From Campylobacterales bacterium (GTDB lineage Bacteria; Campylobacterota; Campylobacteria; Campylobacterales; Sulfurimonadaceae), in assembly GCA_038205935.1 (NCBI GenBank), contig JBBRBK010000017.1, positions 1-34,336 on the forward strand: 34,336 bases of DNA, read 5' to 3'. Positions 1-10,136 of the stretch are shown here, in pieces; the first letter of the stretch is position 1; every line of letters begins with the position of its first letter. The notes below the pieces were generated by a model. That model was not told where the DNA came from. It saw only the letters and a list, made by a program, of their open reading frames with translations, and did no database searches. Both the position numbers and the translations under genes were made by a program.

Positions 1-2
1 GG

Positions 3-251
3 CAAAACAAAAGAGATCAATTAGCAAAACTTCAAATGATGGATAGCTCAACCAATCGAAGTAAAAATGCAACCCCTTTGAAAGAATGGGTTGATAAAAA
101 TTACACCAATAAATCTGATCAGGATCGTTTTTTTAGTAGCAGCTATTTCCCAGCAAAACAAAGTCTAGAATTCACAAACTTTGATAATTTTTTTAAAAAG
201 AGAAAAGATATTATGAGAAAAGAACTAAAAAAAATATTTAAAGTGAAGTAA
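3..251 (+). CDS. C-terminal end of a DUF262/DUF1524 (GmrSD-like) nuclease-domain protein, truncated by the window edge
   Basis: Frame is open from the window edge: QNKRDQLAKLQMMDSSTNRSKNATPLKEWV...FDNFFKKRKDIM. This resembles the 'L.NL.LL....N..K' HNH-like motif and 'F..F...R...' tail of DUF1524 C-termini. Very AT-rich. Confidence 0.5.
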   Translation, partial: QNKRDQLAKLQMMDSSTNRSKNATPLKEWVDKNYTNKSDQDRFFSSSYFPAKQSLEFTNFDNFFKKRKDIMRKELKKIFKVK

Positions 252-390
252 TTATGTATAAAATAAAGAGAAGGATTCCATTAGGCGGCCAAAGTGAAAG
301 TTGACGCCACAAACGAATAAATTCAAAGAAATGCTTTAAAGAGTAAATGAACTCATATAAAGATAACAGCCTTTATTCTACCCAAATAAG

Positions 391-428
391 AAATGCTAGA
401 TTTAAAAGGGTTTGCAAATCTAGTATTT
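391..428. repeat. 13-bp imperfect inverted repeat
   Basis: AAATGCTAGATTT (391-403) and AAATCTAGTATTT (416-428), one mismatch. Confidence 0.6.
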
Positions 429-490
429 TGACAATGGTCTAAATAGTATTATTCCTGTATATATATGCAAGTCGCGGGCTGATAAAAAAA

Positions 491-511
491 TAATAACTAT
501 TGTAGTTATTA
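491..511. repeat. Perfect 9-3-9 inverted repeat, possible protein-binding site
   Basis: TAATAACTA-TTG-TAGTTATTA. Confidence 0.6.
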
Positions 512-675
512 ACACTTTAAATCTCTATGATTACCCTTCTGTACAGAATAGAATGGTTTCTAAAAAATACCATTAAAAGTTCAAGTTCACCTGCCTATTA
601 CCTGCCAACACAAATAAAATAAAATTTTAAACTTATTGCAAACCATTGTATACTAACATTTGAGAGTAGGTTTAA

Positions 676-927
<252 letters not shown>

Positions 928-932
928 GGCTA

Positions 933-954
933 ATAGGCGGCTTTAGCTGCCTAT
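933..954 (+). terminator. GC-rich hairpin after the serS stop
   Basis: ATAGGCGGC-TTTA-GCTGCCTAT, 9-bp stem with one G-U pair; no U-tract directly after. Confidence 0.6.
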
Positions 955-1009
955 GACCTGCCCTGTTTTTATGCTGTTTTGGATTGGATTTTTATACCAA
1001 AGGCGAATC

Positions 1010-1780
1010 ATGGATTTATGGATCAAGATTATCATTGTTCTTATCATCGTCATCCTAGTCTATCGTGAAATATTAAAATCAACTATTAAAAAATCTCAAC
1101 AACTCTCCCCTACAAAAAGAAATGCAACAGTTCTTAGTCTCATCGGTGTCGGTTTCAGCGTAGGTGCCTTCACCTATATAGGAATGTCGATCTCTCTTGT
1201 AGAAACACAAGATCTACGTCCATTTAACTCCTCTCGAGTCACTTATCACGCTGACTCTATATTTGACAAAGGGGTTATTGATGTCAATGGTATGGCGATA
1301 AAAACAAATCTTTCACAAAGAGGAGTTCTTGCTCCACTTGCAGATGAGCTGACACAAGGGTGTAATGGTAGTGATGGATGTGAAGCAGAAAAACTGTTTG
1401 ATTACGTCACTCATATTCCCTACCGCACCGATTATACGAGCAGAAGTCCCAAGCAAGTACTTCAGACTAATTGGGGAGATTGTGATGATAAATCCAACCT
1501 CTTTGCTTCACTCTTAAATGAGAAGGGTATCGATTACAGGTTTGTTTATGTTCCCCATCATGTATTTGTCGTTGTCCATATAGAAGATAAACACGTCCTT
1601 CCATTTCTCTATGCAAAACTTCGTATTGATGGAAGAGATTATTACTATGCAGAGACAACTGCAAAAGGTGCATCTATCGGAACATTTAATGGAAAGTTTC
1701 CATATAGCTTTGAAGGAATATACGATATTGTAGATAATCGCAATATCGATCTGAGTAGTGTCAAGTTTAAAATGCTTTAA
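1010..1780 (+). CDS. Membrane-anchored transglutaminase-like (Cys protease fold) protein
   Basis: Two N-terminal hydrophobic segments; GDCDDKSNLFASLL (Cys), HVFVVV (His), YYAETT (acidic residue). ATG 1010 follows AAGG and is preferred over 953, which lies in the hairpin. Confidence 0.8.
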   Translation: MDLWIKIIIVLIIVILVYREILKSTIKKSQQLSPTKRNATVLSLIGVGFSVGAFTYIGMSISLVETQDLRPFNSSRVTYHADSIFDKGVIDVNGMAIKTNLSQRGVLAPLADELTQGCNGSDGCEAEKLFDYVTHIPYRTDYTSRSPKQVLQTNWGDCDDKSNLFASLLNEKGIDYRFVYVPHHVFVVVHIEDKHVLPFLYAKLRIDGRDYYYAETTAKGASIGTFNGKFPYSFEGIYDIVDNRNIDLSSVKFKML

Positions 1781-1814
1781 AATATCTTCGTAGCCGCCTA
1801 TTCGCCGCCTTTTT

Positions 1815-2507
1815 TTACTTTTCTAAACTTAAAAGTTTATATTCCCCCACGCCAAGATTCTCGACGCTGTACTCTCCAAAACGTATTCTATGCAGAGCAA
1901 CTACTTTATTGCCTAGAGCTGCAAACATACGTTTCACCTGATGATATTTCCCCTCGTTGATTTCTAAGTGAACGAGGGTATTTGTAATTATTTTCATATT
2001 TGCAGGAAGTAGCGGTTTTTTTTCACCTTTTAAAAGAAGAGTTCCACTTGCAAATATCTCTTCTTCGTCACCGCGTAATGCCTCAGCTAGTGTTACCTCA
2101 TAGAGTTTTGAAACATCGCTTTTGGGACTTGTAAGTCGGTGATTGAGCGCGCCATCATCTGTAAGTAAGATGGCTCCAGTAGTATCGCCGTCAAGTCTGC
2201 CGATAGTAGCAATTTTTGGGTTTCTCGTTGTATATCGCTCGGGTAATAAAGAGTATATAAGAACTCCTATATCATCATGAGAGCAGATCACCCCGCTTGG
2301 TTTGTGCATTAAAATCGTTAAAGATTCAGGGTCAAGGAGTTCTTCATTGACAGTCACATCATTATGATATACCTTTTTATCTGCATCAAAAATTCTAACC
2401 CCATTGACGCAAACTCGAAACATTTTTAAAAATTTCTTCGCTTCACTTCTTGAACAGTAGCCCAAACTTGAAAGATGCGCATCAACTCTTTTATAACTAT
2501 TTTGCAT
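1815..2507 (-). CDS. rsuA: RsuA-family pseudouridine synthase
   Basis: S4 domain (SRSEAKK), HKPSG, GRLD catalytic motif, EGKYHQVKRMF; start 2507 or 2516. Confidence 0.88.
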   Translation of the reverse strand: MQNSYKRVDAHLSSLGYCSRSEAKKFLKMFRVCVNGVRIFDADKKVYHNDVTVNEELLDPESLTILMHKPSGVICSHDDIGVLIYSLLPERYTTRNPKIATIGRLDGDTTGAILLTDDGALNHRLTSPKSDVSKLYEVTLAEALRGDEEEIFASGTLLLKGEKKPLLPANMKIITNTLVHLEINEGKYHQVKRMFAALGNKVVALHRIRFGEYSVENLGVGEYKLLSLEK

Positions 2508-2561
2508 TTTTACCACTTTGTGAAAATATTAATATCTATTTTTAATCTTAGTTCTTCATAC

Positions 2562-3626
2562 TCAAGAAGGTAATAAATATTGAAACGTCTTTTTATAAAT
2601 ATTTAAAATCGTATCTAAAAGAGCGGCTATCACTGGACCTATAATGATACCAATGGGACCAAAAGAGAGAATTCCTCCGAGGATCGATACAAGGATAACA
2701 AGATCGGGTAATTTTACATCATTTGCAATGATCCATGGGCGTAAAAAATTGTCAACCGAACCTATGACCAACGCTCCCCATATAATCAGCCCTATTCCCC
2801 ATCCTGTATTGCCTGTAAATATAAGATATGCAGCCGCTGGTAACCAGACTACTGGAGTTCCTAATCCGGGGATAGCAGAAAGAAAAAAAGCAATAGTTCC
2901 CCAAAATGCTGGTCCACCAATTCCACTAGCCCAAAAAGCCAACCCGACCAATACCCCTTGAATGACTCCTATAATCATTATACTTTTCAAGGATGCCATA
3001 GTCACTATCATCCCACGATTCATCACTTCAGTATAATCCTCTTTCGAGAGAGGAAGTAAAGAGTTCAGTGAACCTAGTAACTCTGGCCCATGTATTAAAA
3101 AGTAAAACATTGCATAAAATAAAATAAACAAATTCATAAAAAAGCTAGCTGTTCCTTTAGTAGCACTGGATAAATTTGAAACTAGCCAGTTACCAATTGC
3201 CTTGACTACCTCGGGGACTTTTTCGAGAATAGTCTCATCTAAAGATTTAAACTTCTCTTGTAAAGGCACCCAAGTGGGCAGTTGTTGACTTATGGAGAGA
3301 TTATTATCCAAGGCTTTTTTCACTATGGGACTTGCCTTTTCACTGATCTGGATTGCTTCACTTGTCACCATACTTGTAAGGCCGACTAAGGGTAAAACAA
3401 TAGCAAAAGTACATATGATAAGGATGCTAGCAGCTGACAAAACAGATCTATTTTTTAGATAGTAAAGAATCTTGCGGTAGAGAGGATAAAGTAAGCCAGC
3501 AAAGATCGCAGCCAGGACAAGGACCATTATAAATTCTCGAATCATTCCGACAAAACCCATTAAAACTACGAGCAACAGTAGTAGGATAAACGCTTGCTGA
3601 AATTTATTGGATATCTCTTTGTTCAT
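2562..3626 (-). CDS. AI-2E family transporter
   Basis: Multi-TM; DNFLRP and GILSFGPIGIIIGP motifs; start MNKE after AAGGGG. Confidence 0.88.
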   Translation of the reverse strand: MNKEISNKFQQAFILLLLLVVLMGFVGMIREFIMVLVLAAIFAGLLYPLYRKILYYLKNRSVLSAASILIICTFAIVLPLVGLTSMVTSEAIQISEKASPIVKKALDNNLSISQQLPTWVPLQEKFKSLDETILEKVPEVVKAIGNWLVSNLSSATKGTASFFMNLFILFYAMFYFLIHGPELLGSLNSLLPLSKEDYTEVMNRGMIVTMASLKSIMIIGVIQGVLVGLAFWASGIGGPAFWGTIAFFLSAIPGLGTPVVWLPAAAYLIFTGNTGWGIGLIIWGALVIGSVDNFLRPWIIANDVKLPDLVILVSILGGILSFGPIGIIIGPVIAALLDTILNIYKKTFQYLLPS

Positions 3627-3815
3627 CTTTGAGCCCCTTAAAGCGTACATGTAAGTTTTTATTGAAAGCAGAATATACCCTCTTTCTCATTAAATCCTAA
3701 AAATAGAGATCATAATGGCGAGCTGTTTTTAAAGCTTAGAATCTAATATATTTTATAATAAAACAAGAATAAAGCCCATATCCATTAAACTGCGACATAA
3801 GATAAGGGTAATGAC

Positions 3816-4904
3816 ATGAATACAAATTTACAATCTCTCCAAGCAGATAGACCAAATATAATCACACCAGAAAATGAAGTTATCAGATTTCATCGCAAAA
3901 TGGATGTAGCCGCTATAGTTGAGCAGATGATAGAGGGAAAATATGTTCTCGTTGAGGGAGTTTTCAGCAATGGTTTAACGCTTTTAGCGGAACTTAAAAA
4001 AAATCTTTTGCTTACATGTAATGATAAAAGTTTTCAAGGACAACGTGATTATCGTTCTGCTTTTAGAGAAATCTCACATAGATTATTACTTAAAGTAAAA
4101 GAGTATAAATTAGCTGTTAAAAAATCTCCTGATATTGGTTGGTTAAAGTTGTTGTATCCAGAGATTTCAGAGTTTTATCTCTCGTTTGTTGAAGTGCAAG
4201 GGCTCAATAGCTCGTGGCAGTGGTATCAAAAGGGAATTGAAATCAAACCTTTACATGTAACACTTCATCCCTTTTATGGAACATATTTCCCAACACGATT
4301 TGATCATATTGAGTTATTTGATAGCTGGTTAAAGAAGTACGAAGGTTCAAAAGAAAATGCCATTGACATTGGTGTGGGAAGCGGTGTCTTGTCCTTTCAG
4401 CTCATCCAAAATGGCTTTAAAAATGTCTTCGCAACTGACACAAATAAAAATGCGATTATCGGTGTTACAGAGGAATGCAAACGCTTAGGTTACGAAGATA
4501 AGATAACACTTCATCATGGTGATTTATTTGAAAACTGCGATGTGAAAGCAGATTTGATTGTTTTCAATCCGCCTTGGATGCGGGCAAAACACAAATTAGA
4601 AGAGGGAATCGATAAAGCAATCTATTATGAAGATGATCTCTTTGCAAGATTTTTTGACCAAGCACAAAAGCATCTTGCAAGTGATGGAAAAATAGTTCTG
4701 ATATTTTCAAATCTCGCTCAAGTCGTTGATGAAGATAGCTCTCATCCCATCATAGAAGAACTGCAAAAGAATAATCGTTTTACAAAAGTGTTACATCTTA
4801 GACGTGGAGTAAAAGCTTCATCAAAAAACACAAAACGTACAGATTCTAGAGATACCGAAAAAGTTGAATTATGGGTTTTAGCACCTAAAACGAAAACTTT
4901 ATAA
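3816..4904 (+). CDS. Class I SAM-dependent methyltransferase (MTS-like)
   Basis: DIGVGSG SAM-binding motif and FNPPW motif IV. Confidence 0.85.
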   Translation: MNTNLQSLQADRPNIITPENEVIRFHRKMDVAAIVEQMIEGKYVLVEGVFSNGLTLLAELKKNLLLTCNDKSFQGQRDYRSAFREISHRLLLKVKEYKLAVKKSPDIGWLKLLYPEISEFYLSFVEVQGLNSSWQWYQKGIEIKPLHVTLHPFYGTYFPTRFDHIELFDSWLKKYEGSKENAIDIGVGSGVLSFQLIQNGFKNVFATDTNKNAIIGVTEECKRLGYEDKITLHHGDLFENCDVKADLIVFNPPWMRAKHKLEEGIDKAIYYEDDLFARFFDQAQKHLASDGKIVLIFSNLAQVVDEDSSHPIIEELQKNNRFTKVLHLRRGVKASSKNTKRTDSRDTEKVELWVLAPKTKTL

Positions 4905-4923
4905 GCTAAAACAGCTCTTTATA

Positions 4924-4932
4924 TGTTACAAT
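4924..4932 (+). promoter_or_regulatory. Extended -10 promoter
   Basis: TGTTACAAT 33 nt upstream of the ldtD start. Confidence 0.45.
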
Positions 4933-4965
4933 CCATTAATTTTTAACTGTAAAGACTGTTCCCTT

Positions 4966-6708
4966 ATGATCATCAAAATATTTTTTTTAGTACTCACTTT
5001 TCTTTCTCTACATGCCCAGCCCGAAGAGGTTTCAACTTCTGATGAGCTCAATACTTCTGCTCCTCTTCTTGTTCAAACAAATCAAAAGAGTGTAAAAAAA
5101 TACGCTGTATGTAACGGCCTTGTTGCATACAAAAAAACAAACTTTTCTTCTACTCTCAATAATTCTCTCCTAACACAAAAATTTTACACTCAGTACTGTA
5201 AACGTCTTCAAAATTTTGCCTGGTTTGATTCAAAACTACATTATTCACCTCAAGCGCTAGATCTGCTTTCGTCTATAGATAATTCCTTGCACTATGGGCT
5301 AAATCCCGAAAAATATCATCAAAATGAACTCGCTGTTGATCGTGATCTGCTTGAGAATGGAACTTTTGAAAATGACGAAAAAAAGATTCATCTCGTCAAC
5401 TCAATCGATCTCTTATTGACCGATGCTTATATTACTATGGCGCAAGATCTTTATTACGGTTTTACAGACTGGGAGAAATTTAAAACTAGTAAAATTGCTG
5501 ATGAGCCAATCGAGTGGGATCGCCCAACAAAGCTACCACTACTAGTGACAAAACGTCTTTTTGATTCTTTAAAGAAGAATTCTATTCAAAATTCTTTGGA
5601 AACTCTTAATCCGGATTTTAAAGAGTATGCACGCCTCATTAAAGCTCTTGCGTACTATCGCTCTTTAGAAAAAGATGATCAATGGGTAAAAATTCCCTCT
5701 GGTCCTGCAATTCGTCTAGGCAACACGGATGAACGCCTTCCACTCATCAAAAAACGTTTAGTAGAAAGTGGTGAACTCGAGACGATTACAGATCCTGATG
5801 GAACCCTTTATGACGATAAAACGCTTATCGATGCCGTCAAGACATTTCAATCACGCCATAATCTTAGTGCGGATGGTCTTATCGGTAAAAAAACTATTCA
5901 GGCTATGAATATCACTCTTTTTAAAAAGATCACGACGATCATTCTCAATCTTGAACGCTATCGCTGGCTTAACTCCGGTATGGACAAAACAGATGCTTAC
6001 ATCAATATCAATGTCCCCGCTTTTAGAATGCAGCTACTTGAAAAAGGGGATGAATTATTTCATATGAATATCATTGTAGGGACAAAAGATCGCCCAACGC
6101 CAATACTCAGTAGCAAAATTTCGTATGCTGTTATAAACCCTACTTGGACAGCACCTCAAACTATCGTCAAAGAAGACATTTTAGAGAAAAAAAATCTTTT
6201 AAAATATCTGCAAAAACATAACATGCATGTCTATAGACAAATTCATGGAGAGATGGTCGAACAAAATCCGCGAGTGATTGATTGGAAACCATACAAAAAA
6301 ACTGGCGCTGCCCCGTTTACCTTCAAAGCCGATGCAGGAAAATCAAATCCACTTGGAGTAGTTAAATTTATATTCCCAAATAAATATTCAATCTATATGC
6401 ATGACACCAATAGCCGTGGGTTGTTTAAAAATGAATACAGAGCACTTAGTTCTGGATGTATCAGACTCGGTGAGCCTGAGAAGTTGTTAACTTACCTGTC
6501 ACCAAAAGAAGATATCATTAGTGCAGACATTGAAGATGAACATAGAGTCGACCTTCAAAAAAGGCTTCCCGTGCTCATTCGATATATGACTGTTGGAGTA
6601 GATTCAAATCAAAAGGTTTATTTTTACGATGATATCTACGGTTATGATGATCTTCAATTACAAAATATCAAAAAAATTAATTTTATGAAATTTGATACGA
6701 TGAATTAA
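4966..6708 (+). CDS. ldtD: Murein L,D-transpeptidase YcbB/LdtD
   Basis: Signal peptide, scaffold domain, PG-binding domain (AVKTFQSRHNLSADGLIG), YkuD catalytic motif HDT...SSGCIR. Confidence 0.88.
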   Translation: MIIKIFFLVLTFLSLHAQPEEVSTSDELNTSAPLLVQTNQKSVKKYAVCNGLVAYKKTNFSSTLNNSLLTQKFYTQYCKRLQNFAWFDSKLHYSPQALDLLSSIDNSLHYGLNPEKYHQNELAVDRDLLENGTFENDEKKIHLVNSIDLLLTDAYITMAQDLYYGFTDWEKFKTSKIADEPIEWDRPTKLPLLVTKRLFDSLKKNSIQNSLETLNPDFKEYARLIKALAYYRSLEKDDQWVKIPSGPAIRLGNTDERLPLIKKRLVESGELETITDPDGTLYDDKTLIDAVKTFQSRHNLSADGLIGKKTIQAMNITLFKKITTIILNLERYRWLNSGMDKTDAYININVPAFRMQLLEKGDELFHMNIIVGTKDRPTPILSSKISYAVINPTWTAPQTIVKEDILEKKNLLKYLQKHNMHVYRQIHGEMVEQNPRVIDWKPYKKTGAAPFTFKADAGKSNPLGVVKFIFPNKYSIYMHDTNSRGLFKNEYRALSSGCIRLGEPEKLLTYLSPKEDIISADIEDEHRVDLQKRLPVLIRYMTVGVDSNQKVYFYDDIYGYDDLQLQNIKKINFMKFDTMN

Positions 6709-6722
6709 TAGGTGGTACAGTT

Positions 6723-7292
6723 TTGAACATTGAAAAAAACAGAAGAGAATTTCTTAAACTTTCAGGAGCTCTATGTCTTGGAGCTCTGATCGCGCCACAT
6801 GATCTTTTTGCTATGCGAACAAGTGAAATTTATACTCCAGCCGATACCCGCTCGCTTAACTTTTACAATGTTAACACACTAGAAAGCCTTGATGTAACTT
6901 ACTTCAAAAATGGTATCTACTCAGACAAAGCCCATGCACAAATCAATGAACTTATGATAGACAGACGCTCTGGAGAAATCACTACGATGGAACTCGGGCT
7001 TATCGATACTCTCCATCAGATTCACACTCTTTCTGGCTCAAATGAGCCTCTTGAAATCATATGTGGATACCGTTCACCTCAAACAAACGAAAAACTAAGA
7101 CACCAAACAAGTGGCGTCGCTAAACATAGTTATCATACGCTTGGTCAAGCTGCTGATATCAATATTAAAAATATTCCCCTTGAAGAGCTTCATCGTATAG
7201 CCATTTCTTTAAATGCAGGTGGAGTCGGTTTTTATCCTCATTCAGGATTCATACATGTTGATATAGGTCCCGTTCGTACTTGGAGAGGATAA
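6723..7292 (+). CDS. mepK: YcbK/MepK peptidase M15 family endopeptidase with Tat signal
   Basis: RREFLK Tat motif; GYRSPQTN, SYH..GQAADI, FIHVDIGPVRTW; follows the ycbB homolog as in E. coli. Confidence 0.88.
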   Translation: MNIEKNRREFLKLSGALCLGALIAPHDLFAMRTSEIYTPADTRSLNFYNVNTLESLDVTYFKNGIYSDKAHAQINELMIDRRSGEITTMELGLIDTLHQIHTLSGSNEPLEIICGYRSPQTNEKLRHQTSGVAKHSYHTLGQAADINIKNIPLEELHRIAISLNAGGVGFYPHSGFIHVDIGPVRTWRG

Positions 7293-7597
7293 AGCTCCCT
7301 CCTTCAATCTGATGCTAAAACAAACTCACTACTCCTTCCTAAAAATATTATTTAAAATATTCTAGCCCTCTACGAGGCCAATAAATGTAAATTACACCAA
7401 AGAGAAACTCATACGCTCAAAAGTGGTATTTAAAATGCTTAAAGAAGATGTTGCATGTCTTCGCGTTTACAAAAGGCTCAGTTTAGGCCTGAACATTTGC
7501 ATTGCGACAGAAGACAAAGAAGGGGGAAATACGTATGAAATCTGTAAAAATCAGTTATATCAAGTTCCAAATATTGCTCTTCAATCTAAAAAAGAGA

Positions 7598-7629
7598 ACA
7601 CTAAGGCTTTAAAAATAAAGCCTTAGTGT
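7598..7629. terminator. Perfect 14-bp stem hairpin (terminator or REP-like)
   Basis: ACACTAAGGCTTTA-AAAA-TAAAGCCTTAGTGT. Confidence 0.6.
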
Positions 7630-7721
7630 CACCCTTGACTGCTTATTATTCTCTTTTATTAATTTTCAAACTATTTTTTCATCTATAGACTCATTAAATC
7701 TCTTACATGTAAGCCATTTTA

Positions 7722-7737
7722 TGGCACATCGATTGCT
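7722..7737 (+). promoter_or_regulatory. Sigma-54 (-24/-12) promoter of pflB
   Basis: TGGCAC-ATCGA-TTGCT matches TGGCAC-N5-TTGC, about 50 nt upstream of a flagellar motor gene. Confidence 0.85.
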
Positions 7738-7786
7738 TATATCGGGTACAATTACGCATTACATGTAAAGGTTAAAAAGATTTAGT

Positions 7787-10129
7787 ATGGCCCAAGAAGA
7801 AATAATAATTATTCAAGATGACGATGCCGCTTTTGGTACTTCCGTCGATGCAAATCTTTCAGCAGGATCGAGTGCAGAGATTAGTGCAAAGAAAAAAAAG
7901 AAAAAAATTATTATATTTGCTGCAGCTGGCGTCGCCGCTATTGTACTTCTTACGATCCTTGTAACTTTACTTTACAAAAAATCTCATCATAAAGATGATT
8001 CAAGTAGCTTAAATTTTGTAGAAAACAAACTTCAAGACAAACAAAAAAAAATACTCAAATCAAGCGAACTTGAAAAGATCATTGCCAAAGCCAACTATCT
8101 TTACACAAATGGAAATAAAGAAGAAGCACTCAATCTCTTTGAACAGATCGCACTTTACAGCGAAGGTATCTCTCAGTACAACCTTGGCGTAGCGCAGCTC
8201 AAAGAAAAGCAGTATCAAGTAGCACTTGATACTTTTAAAAAAGCTATCCAGAGCAATGAGAATGTCTGTGTAAGCGCGATCAATGCTGCGGTATGTGCAC
8301 AAGCCCTAAATCAACCGGAGGGTTTTAAATACTATGTTAATCTAGCTTATGCTTCTCTTCCAAATGAAATCAACTCTCCACTTTATTCCTACTATTATGC
8401 TTTGATTCAATATTTTAAAGGAAATAACCTTGAAGCTTTAAGTGCACTCAATCATCCAAACTCAGATGAATATCCAGAGCAAAGACAGATTCTTAAAGCA
8501 AAAATCAATGCTGCTCTTGGCAACTATTATCAAGCTATTGATGCATTGTCAAAACCTTCAGTAGCTGCTAATTATCTTCCTTTGGGACTCCTTTATGCCA
8601 ATGTAGGAGACTTGCCCCTTGCACAAAAATATCTATCAAATGTAGCCCCTCAGAGTACTGATATCATGCGTCAAATGCTCGCCTTAGCCTTGGTAAACAT
8701 CAAAGCTGGACAACTCCAAGAAGCGTCAAAACAGCTTAATTTGCTTACAGATAAATATCCAATAGAGATCTATAAACCTTACCCTATCAATGTCAAGCTC
8801 AAGGACTCGCTTTTTGATCCAGATATAGCACAGGCAAGTTTTAGAAAAAATATTGATAATGAGTTGTGGATGACTTATGAAAAAATATTCTATTTTGCTC
8901 CGTATAAAGTCTTCAATGCAAACAGTACGATCAACTACATCAAAAAAGGAAATGCAAATATCTATATCGATGATATCTCCTCTGCAAAAGAGTACCTTGA
9001 AAAAAGTAGCGCATCATCTGTTGTAAACTACGGCATAGCACAATCAATCAAAAAAGCTCTTTCCTTTAAACTCAGAGATGCGAATAAACAACTCCAAAGT
9101 TTAGAAAAAATACAACCACGCCATTCGATCTTGCAATACAATTTAGCTCTGACTTATGCACAAATGGGAGATATACAAAACGCTTATGAGCATTTTAAAA
9201 AATCATACCATCTCGATTCCAACAACTATCTTTCCGGGATATTTACTATTATGTGTGCACAGATTTTACATCTCGATCATGATAAATTCAGTGCTATACT
9301 CAAAGACAACCTTGTAAACGAGCCCTCTGGAGAAGATCAAGATCTTTACAATACACTTTTATATCTTACTGAAAATAACTTTTCAAGTAGCTCCAAGTGG
9401 TTAAATAGTACCTATAAAGAACGTCCACTCTACCTTATTATGAACGTTATCATTGCCAATAAACTTGGGAAAAATGATATTGCATTAAAATCAGCGCAAA
9501 AGTTAAGTTATTTACTCCCGCATGATATATTTCCACAAATCGTCTATATGGATACCAAACTCAAAAAAGCCGATACAAAACAGTATGCCAAAGAGATGCT
9601 TTTTTATATCAAAAAACAAAAATTCAACTTTGAAGATCTCTATTATGGGCCATATATCACGAGATATCTTTATGCGCAAGAGGCGCTTATGACTGGGACA
9701 CTTTATCCTCTTCAAGTCCAGCTTCAATCTGTATTAAATACAACAAAAGCGTCACCTGAAGATATACTCTACACCCTTGCTCTAACAAATTTATTTAATA
9801 AAAAAGCAGAAGAAGCGTACAGTAACTTTAACCAACTTATCGATGATTATAAAATCAATGATGATAAAACACTCTTTTTTGGAGCCATTGCTTCTATAAC
9901 CGCAGGTCATCATGATAATGCCATCGCACTTTTAGAGCTGGCGAAAATGAAAAATCCTGAGTTTTCTGAGAGTAGATTTGCACTTGGACTTTTATATATG
10001 GAGACAAAAAACAATAAAGGCGCAACCATACAGCTGAGTCGAATTACTGAAGTTGGCTTTGCATCAAATTACTTTACGTTTGATATAGATACAGAAGATC
10101 TCTATTTTGAAAAAGAGCATCATAAATAA
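7787..10129 (+). CDS. pflB: TPR-repeat flagellar motor accessory protein PflB (Cj0390/HP1479-like)
   Basis: Acidic cytoplasmic N-terminus, single TM, many TPRs, 780 aa, sigma-54 promoter, near serS. Confidence 0.75.
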   Translation: MAQEEIIIIQDDDAAFGTSVDANLSAGSSAEISAKKKKKKIIIFAAAGVAAIVLLTILVTLLYKKSHHKDDSSSLNFVENKLQDKQKKILKSSELEKIIAKANYLYTNGNKEEALNLFEQIALYSEGISQYNLGVAQLKEKQYQVALDTFKKAIQSNENVCVSAINAAVCAQALNQPEGFKYYVNLAYASLPNEINSPLYSYYYALIQYFKGNNLEALSALNHPNSDEYPEQRQILKAKINAALGNYYQAIDALSKPSVAANYLPLGLLYANVGDLPLAQKYLSNVAPQSTDIMRQMLALALVNIKAGQLQEASKQLNLLTDKYPIEIYKPYPINVKLKDSLFDPDIAQASFRKNIDNELWMTYEKIFYFAPYKVFNANSTINYIKKGNANIYIDDISSAKEYLEKSSASSVVNYGIAQSIKKALSFKLRDANKQLQSLEKIQPRHSILQYNLALTYAQMGDIQNAYEHFKKSYHLDSNNYLSGIFTIMCAQILHLDHDKFSAILKDNLVNEPSGEDQDLYNTLLYLTENNFSSSSKWLNSTYKERPLYLIMNVIIANKLGKNDIALKSAQKLSYLLPHDIFPQIVYMDTKLKKADTKQYAKEMLFYIKKQKFNFEDLYYGPYITRYLYAQEALMTGTLYPLQVQLQSVLNTTKASPEDILYTLALTNLFNKKAEEAYSNFNQLIDDYKINDDKTLFFGAIASITAGHHDNAIALLELAKMKNPEFSESRFALGLLYMETKNNKGATIQLSRITEVGFASNYFTFDIDTEDLYFEKEHHK

Positions 10130-10136
10130 AAAAACT

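Noticed and set aside
7423..7626. 67-aa ORF
   Set aside because: No RBS or recognisable motif and it ends inside a hairpin; not supported as a gene, though a remnant cannot be excluded.
7886..7908. A-runs at the pflB 5' end as a phase-variation tract
   Set aside because: They encode the Lys-rich stretch before the TM, the frame is intact, and such runs are common in AT-rich DNA.
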